DNA of 32,000 nucleotides, from IMG/VR virus record IMGVR_UViG_3300045988_140275, positions 1-32,000 of that record, one strand, 5' to 3'. Of this stretch, positions 29,635 through 32,000 are shown piece by piece; within the stretch, counting starts at the first letter, position 1, and each line of letters opens with the position of its first letter. The notes beneath the pieces were generated by a model. That model did no database searches, was not told where the DNA came from, and saw only the letters and a list, made by a program, of their open reading frames with translations. Both the position numbers and the translations under genes were made by a program. This DNA comes from a virus.

Positions 29635-30950
29635 TGTTTACAGAGCAACAACTAGCAGCATTCAATGCAATGAATCACGAACAGATTCAAAAAAGATTTA
29701 AAGAAATTAAAGATGAGATCAACAAAAACGATCCTAATACAAACTTGGAAATGTTACAGGCAGAATTTGATATCTTGCAAAAACGTGACAAAGAGTTACA
29801 AGGCAAGGTAGCACAACGTCAAGCGTTCTTAGATACTATGGCAAAATCTATTGTAGATGAAGATGAAGCTTTTGCTACACAACAGGAACAAGCTCGTAGC
29901 AAAGCACATCCATCAATGCCTACAAACTTGTCAGAACGTAAAAAAGGAATGGAAGACGATATGGAGTATCGTAGTGCGTTCATGGAATTCGTTCAAAAAG
30001 GAAAACAGTCAGAAATTTTAAGACAACGTAGTGCAGAAGCAGGTGTGGCAGCTGATCTAGGTATTTTAATTCCTGAAACAATTGTTCAGAAAGTAATGAC
30101 TGAATTAAGTAAATCACGTGGTTACTTATACAATGCAGTATTACATACAAATTTCCGTGGTGGTGTTAAATATCCTATCGGTTCATTCAAGGCAACATTT
30201 AAACGTATTACGGAAACAACAGTATCAGATCGTCAAAAGGCCGGTTCTGTTACAGAATTTGTACAATTTGGATATCTGATTGGTGAAATCCGTTTAGCAC
30301 GTACATTATTACAGACTGTATTAACTGTAAATGCGTTTGAAACTAAATTAGCAGAAGTTATTGTAGAAGCTTATTTGGAAGCTATGGATCGTGAAATTTT
30401 AACAGGTAACTCTGCAAATAATGAATGTGAAGGTATTTTAACAGAAGCTAATAAAGTAAGTGGAGGACGTATTAAAGCTGATCACATTATTGAATTTACA
30501 GCAGAAGAAATGAAAGATTGGAAATCATGGCAAACAAAATTGTTCGCAAAGATTCCTTTATCAATGCGTAAATTAAAACCAGAGTTCGTAATGACGCCTG
30601 CTACATATGAAGCAAACATTAAAACATTGGCTGATCAAAATAATCGTCCTGTTTATGCAGAAACATTTAATCCTATTGATGGTGCAGAACGTGCAACATT
30701 CAAAGCTAGAACAGTTAATTTCGTTGAAAATGATACATTCAAAGATTTTGATGAAGCAAAAAACGGTGAATATTTTGGAATGTATTGGGTAGGAAAAGAA
30801 GCCTATGCGATCAATTCAAATATGCAGTTTGGTGTGAAGAAGTACTGGGATTATGAAAAGAATGAGGAAGTAACTCAGGCATTAGTTATCAATGATGGTA
30901 AAGTGTTAGATCCTCAATACATCTTCTTGTTAAAAAAAAAAGTAGCTTAA
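29634..30950 (+). CDS. Major capsid protein (HK97 fold) with an N-terminal coiled-coil delta domain
   Basis: It is 438 aa and follows the protease. The N-terminal scaffold-like coiled coil is followed by a capsid body. The TAATG overlaps the protease gene. Confidence 0.9.
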   Translation: MFTEQQLAAFNAMNHEQIQKRFKEIKDEINKNDPNTNLEMLQAEFDILQKRDKELQGKVAQRQAFLDTMAKSIVDEDEAFATQQEQARSKAHPSMPTNLSERKKGMEDDMEYRSAFMEFVQKGKQSEILRQRSAEAGVAADLGILIPETIVQKVMTELSKSRGYLYNAVLHTNFRGGVKYPIGSFKATFKRITETTVSDRQKAGSVTEFVQFGYLIGEIRLARTLLQTVLTVNAFETKLAEVIVEAYLEAMDREILTGNSANNECEGILTEANKVSGGRIKADHIIEFTAEEMKDWKSWQTKLFAKIPLSMRKLKPEFVMTPATYEANIKTLADQNNRPVYAETFNPIDGAERATFKARTVNFVENDTFKDFDEAKNGEYFGMYWVGKEAYAINSNMQFGVKKYWDYEKNEEVTQALVINDGKVLDPQYIFLLKKKVA

Positions 30951-31096
30951 GCAATGGAGATGTTACAAAAGATGAAAGTCAAACAGGAACACAATCATTA
31001 AATGATGAAGAACCTGTTGTAACTGATGATGAACCTATTGTATTAGATGATGAGCCTAAGAAAACCACTCGAAAAAACAGTGCGAAGAAAGCTTAG
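30932..31096 (+). other. A10 slippery run plus a start-less -1 frame extension of the capsid gene
   Basis: A10 lies at 30932-30941, 2 codons before the capsid stop. The -1 frame is open to TAG 31094-31096 and has no ATG/GTG/TTG. Confidence 0.5.
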
Positions 31097-31106
31097 GTGA
31101 TAGATA

Positions 31107-31409
31107 ATGGCGTTCAATATTCCTGAAAGCCTTCTAGAACGTGTTAGAACTGCTGCTACAAGAGCAAAATCATGCGCATATGATGATGAAATCAAAACAT
31201 ATATCAGAGCATGTTTATATGATTTGGATAGATTAAATATCTTATTTGATGAAGATGAATTAGAAGATGAAATTGTAGTAGCGGTAATAACATATGTAAA
31301 GTCAAAATTTGGTACAACGGAGGCTTCAGAAAAGGAAAAAATGGCTAAAACATATGAGGATTTACGTCAGATTCTTATGACAGATAAATCCCATAAGAAG
31401 GTGAGATAG
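31107..31409 (+). CDS. Head-tail connector (gp6-like)
   Basis: It is 100 aa, sits after the capsid gene, and has the SD AGGTGA. Size and position are typical. Confidence 0.65.
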   Translation: MAFNIPESLLERVRTAATRAKSCAYDDEIKTYIRACLYDLDRLNILFDEDELEDEIVVAVITYVKSKFGTTEASEKEKMAKTYEDLRQILMTDKSHKKVR

Positions 31410-31410
31410 T

Positions 31411-31746
31411 ATGGCATATGAATATACTCGTGAGAATAATCTTTATTATGATGTGGCATATCTGATTGAAAAAGAAAGATATGTTGATGAAGATGGTGTG
31501 GAACATGTTAATGAAACGGAGAAGGAAGTATTTTGCCGAGTTGGTGGAATTTATTCAAAAGAATTCAATGAAGCCTACCAGGCAGGCATACAGTTAGCGT
31601 ATAAGCTTGTTATTCCAAGCATTGATTACAATGATGAGACAACAGTGAAATACAACGACAAAAAGTATGCGGTTTATCGAACGTTCCCATCCGGAGATAC
31701 GATTGAACTCTATGTTCAACAGGATGCTGGAGAATGGAAACAGTAA
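31411..31746 (+). CDS. Head closure / head-tail adaptor protein
   Basis: It is 111 aa. ...EVFCRVGGI...TVKYNDKKYAVYRTFPSGDTIELYV matches the head-tail joining pattern. Confidence 0.65.
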   Translation: MAYEYTRENNLYYDVAYLIEKERYVDEDGVEHVNETEKEVFCRVGGIYSKEFNEAYQAGIQLAYKLVIPSIDYNDETTVKYNDKKYAVYRTFPSGDTIELYVQQDAGEWKQ

Positions 31747-32000
31747 GACAACAGATTGTAGCTAAATTCACTGAACTTTTAGGTGAAGGACAATTTGTAT
31801 ACGGAAGTTTCAAATCAAAACCCCATACCCCCTATGGGAATTATGCATTGGATTATACAAATAATTACTTTGCAGACAATAGAACGTATTGTAAGATTGG
31901 AACTTACATATATAGATTGGTGACTGATCAAAAAGATTTTGAATTAGAAGCTAAAATCGAAGACATGTTTGATGAATTAGAAATACCATACCAAACCATC
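31734..32000 (+). CDS. Next neck/tail-completion gene, 3' end outside the window
   Basis: ATG 31734 overlaps the previous gene by 13 nt. The frame is open for 89 codons to the window edge (METVRQQIVAKFTELLGEGQFVYGSF...). Confidence 0.6.
   Translation, partial: METVRQQIVAKFTELLGEGQFVYGSFKSKPHTPYGNYALDYTNNYFADNRTYCKIGTYIYRLVTDQKDFELEAKIEDMFDELEIPYQTI

Larger units (their letters stand above)
5493..32000 (+). mobile_element. Prophage B (left about 26.5 kb: integration, immunity, replication, accessory, packaging and head modules); continues beyond the window
   Basis: It shows the canonical siphovirus-like temperate layout: a tRNA-adjacent integrase, divergent repressor/early operon, replication genes, then HNH-TerS-TerL-portal-protease-HK97 capsid. 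Confidence 0.9.

Noticed and set aside
1739-30792. Same-strand alternative-frame track ORFs: 1739..1951, 4125..4322, 26366..26551, 29306..29548 and 30607..30792.
   Set aside because: They are fully nested in longer ORFs with recognisable products (endolysin, TerL, protease, capsid) or in coupled genes. There are no independent translation signals.
22-31813. Many minus-strand (or opposite-strand) track ORFs lie inside longer genes. Examples: 22..237, 342..587, 980..1219, 1255..1479, 1953..2210, 4453..4653, 4703..4912, 5541..6056, 6555..6743, 9377..9559, 10127..10309, 10474..10779, 10959..11144, 12011..12232, 12932..13177, 13255..13476, 14359..14676, 14504..14704, 17646..17849, 19713..19919, 20292..20570, 21692..21982, 23470..23658, 24366..24575, 25821..26021, 26260..26469, 26385..26579, 27612..27803 and 31610..31813.
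   Set aside because: These are shadow ORFs antisense to well-supported genes. They are Leu/Ile/Phe/Ser-rich low-complexity translations typical of AT-rich antisense frames. They have no SD sequences and would break the tight co-directional operon structure.
1-32000. Search for CRISPR arrays, rRNA, IS/transposase genes, reverse transcriptases (retron/DGR) and large AAA/NTPase defence genes.
   Set aside because: There are no regularly spaced direct repeats with unique spacers. There are no rRNA-like segments, no DDE/transposase or RT motifs, and no long multi-domain ORFs outside the phage structural and replication genes.

Overview
This window is visibly AT-rich, Bacillota-type DNA. It is almost entirely two temperate-phage genomes sitting in tandem around a tRNA-Asp(GTC)/tRNA-Gly(GCC) pair.

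Prophage A (1-5340) is represented by its late right end. It carries a partial tail-region gene, an XkdX-like ORF, membrane/coiled-coil ORFs and a stand-alone sigma region-4-like HTH. It also carries an odd cargo cluster (Q-rich, M/N/Q-rich, Gly-Tyr/Cys-rich membrane and C1q/BclA-C-like proteins), then a holin and an amidase endolysin. It ends in a 19-bp copy of the tRNA-Gly 3' end.

Prophage B (5493 to beyond 32000) starts inside the intact tRNA-Gly. In order it contains:
- a tyrosine integrase, then an unknown + DUF1828/DUF1829-like two-gene cassette
- an AT-rich gap with a MazE-like antitoxin fragment
- an Ltp-type lipoprotein, a CI-like repressor and three operators
- an early operon: Xis-like HTH, DUF2829/Tad2-like ORF, a second Xer-like recombinase, a replisome organiser with internal iterons, a DnaC-like loader, HNH, a dimeric-dUTPase-like protein and a Lar-like protein
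- a sigma-r4-like late regulator and a lipoprotein/membrane-protein pair
- two paralogous small ORFs and an HExxH protein
- a reverse-strand ArdA operon, a non-coding putative cos region, then HNH-TerS-TerL-portal-protease-HK97 capsid-connector genes

No rRNA, CRISPR array or transposase was seen.

The most unusual signals are:
1. A strand-specific array of 24 AAGTTT(T) motifs at 20394-21405 that ignores reading frame and gene borders.
2. A genome-end, inward-facing ArdA operon full of unknown small proteins, one with an SSB-C-terminal-tip-like tail.
3. An A10 slippery run at the end of the capsid gene, with a start-less -1 frame filling the downstream gap.
4. A 19-bp palindrome-containing element shared by both prophages in front of late genes.
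5. The integrase-proximal two-gene cassette, as a candidate defence locus.

All family assignments come from motif recognition by eye and need HMM or structure confirmation.
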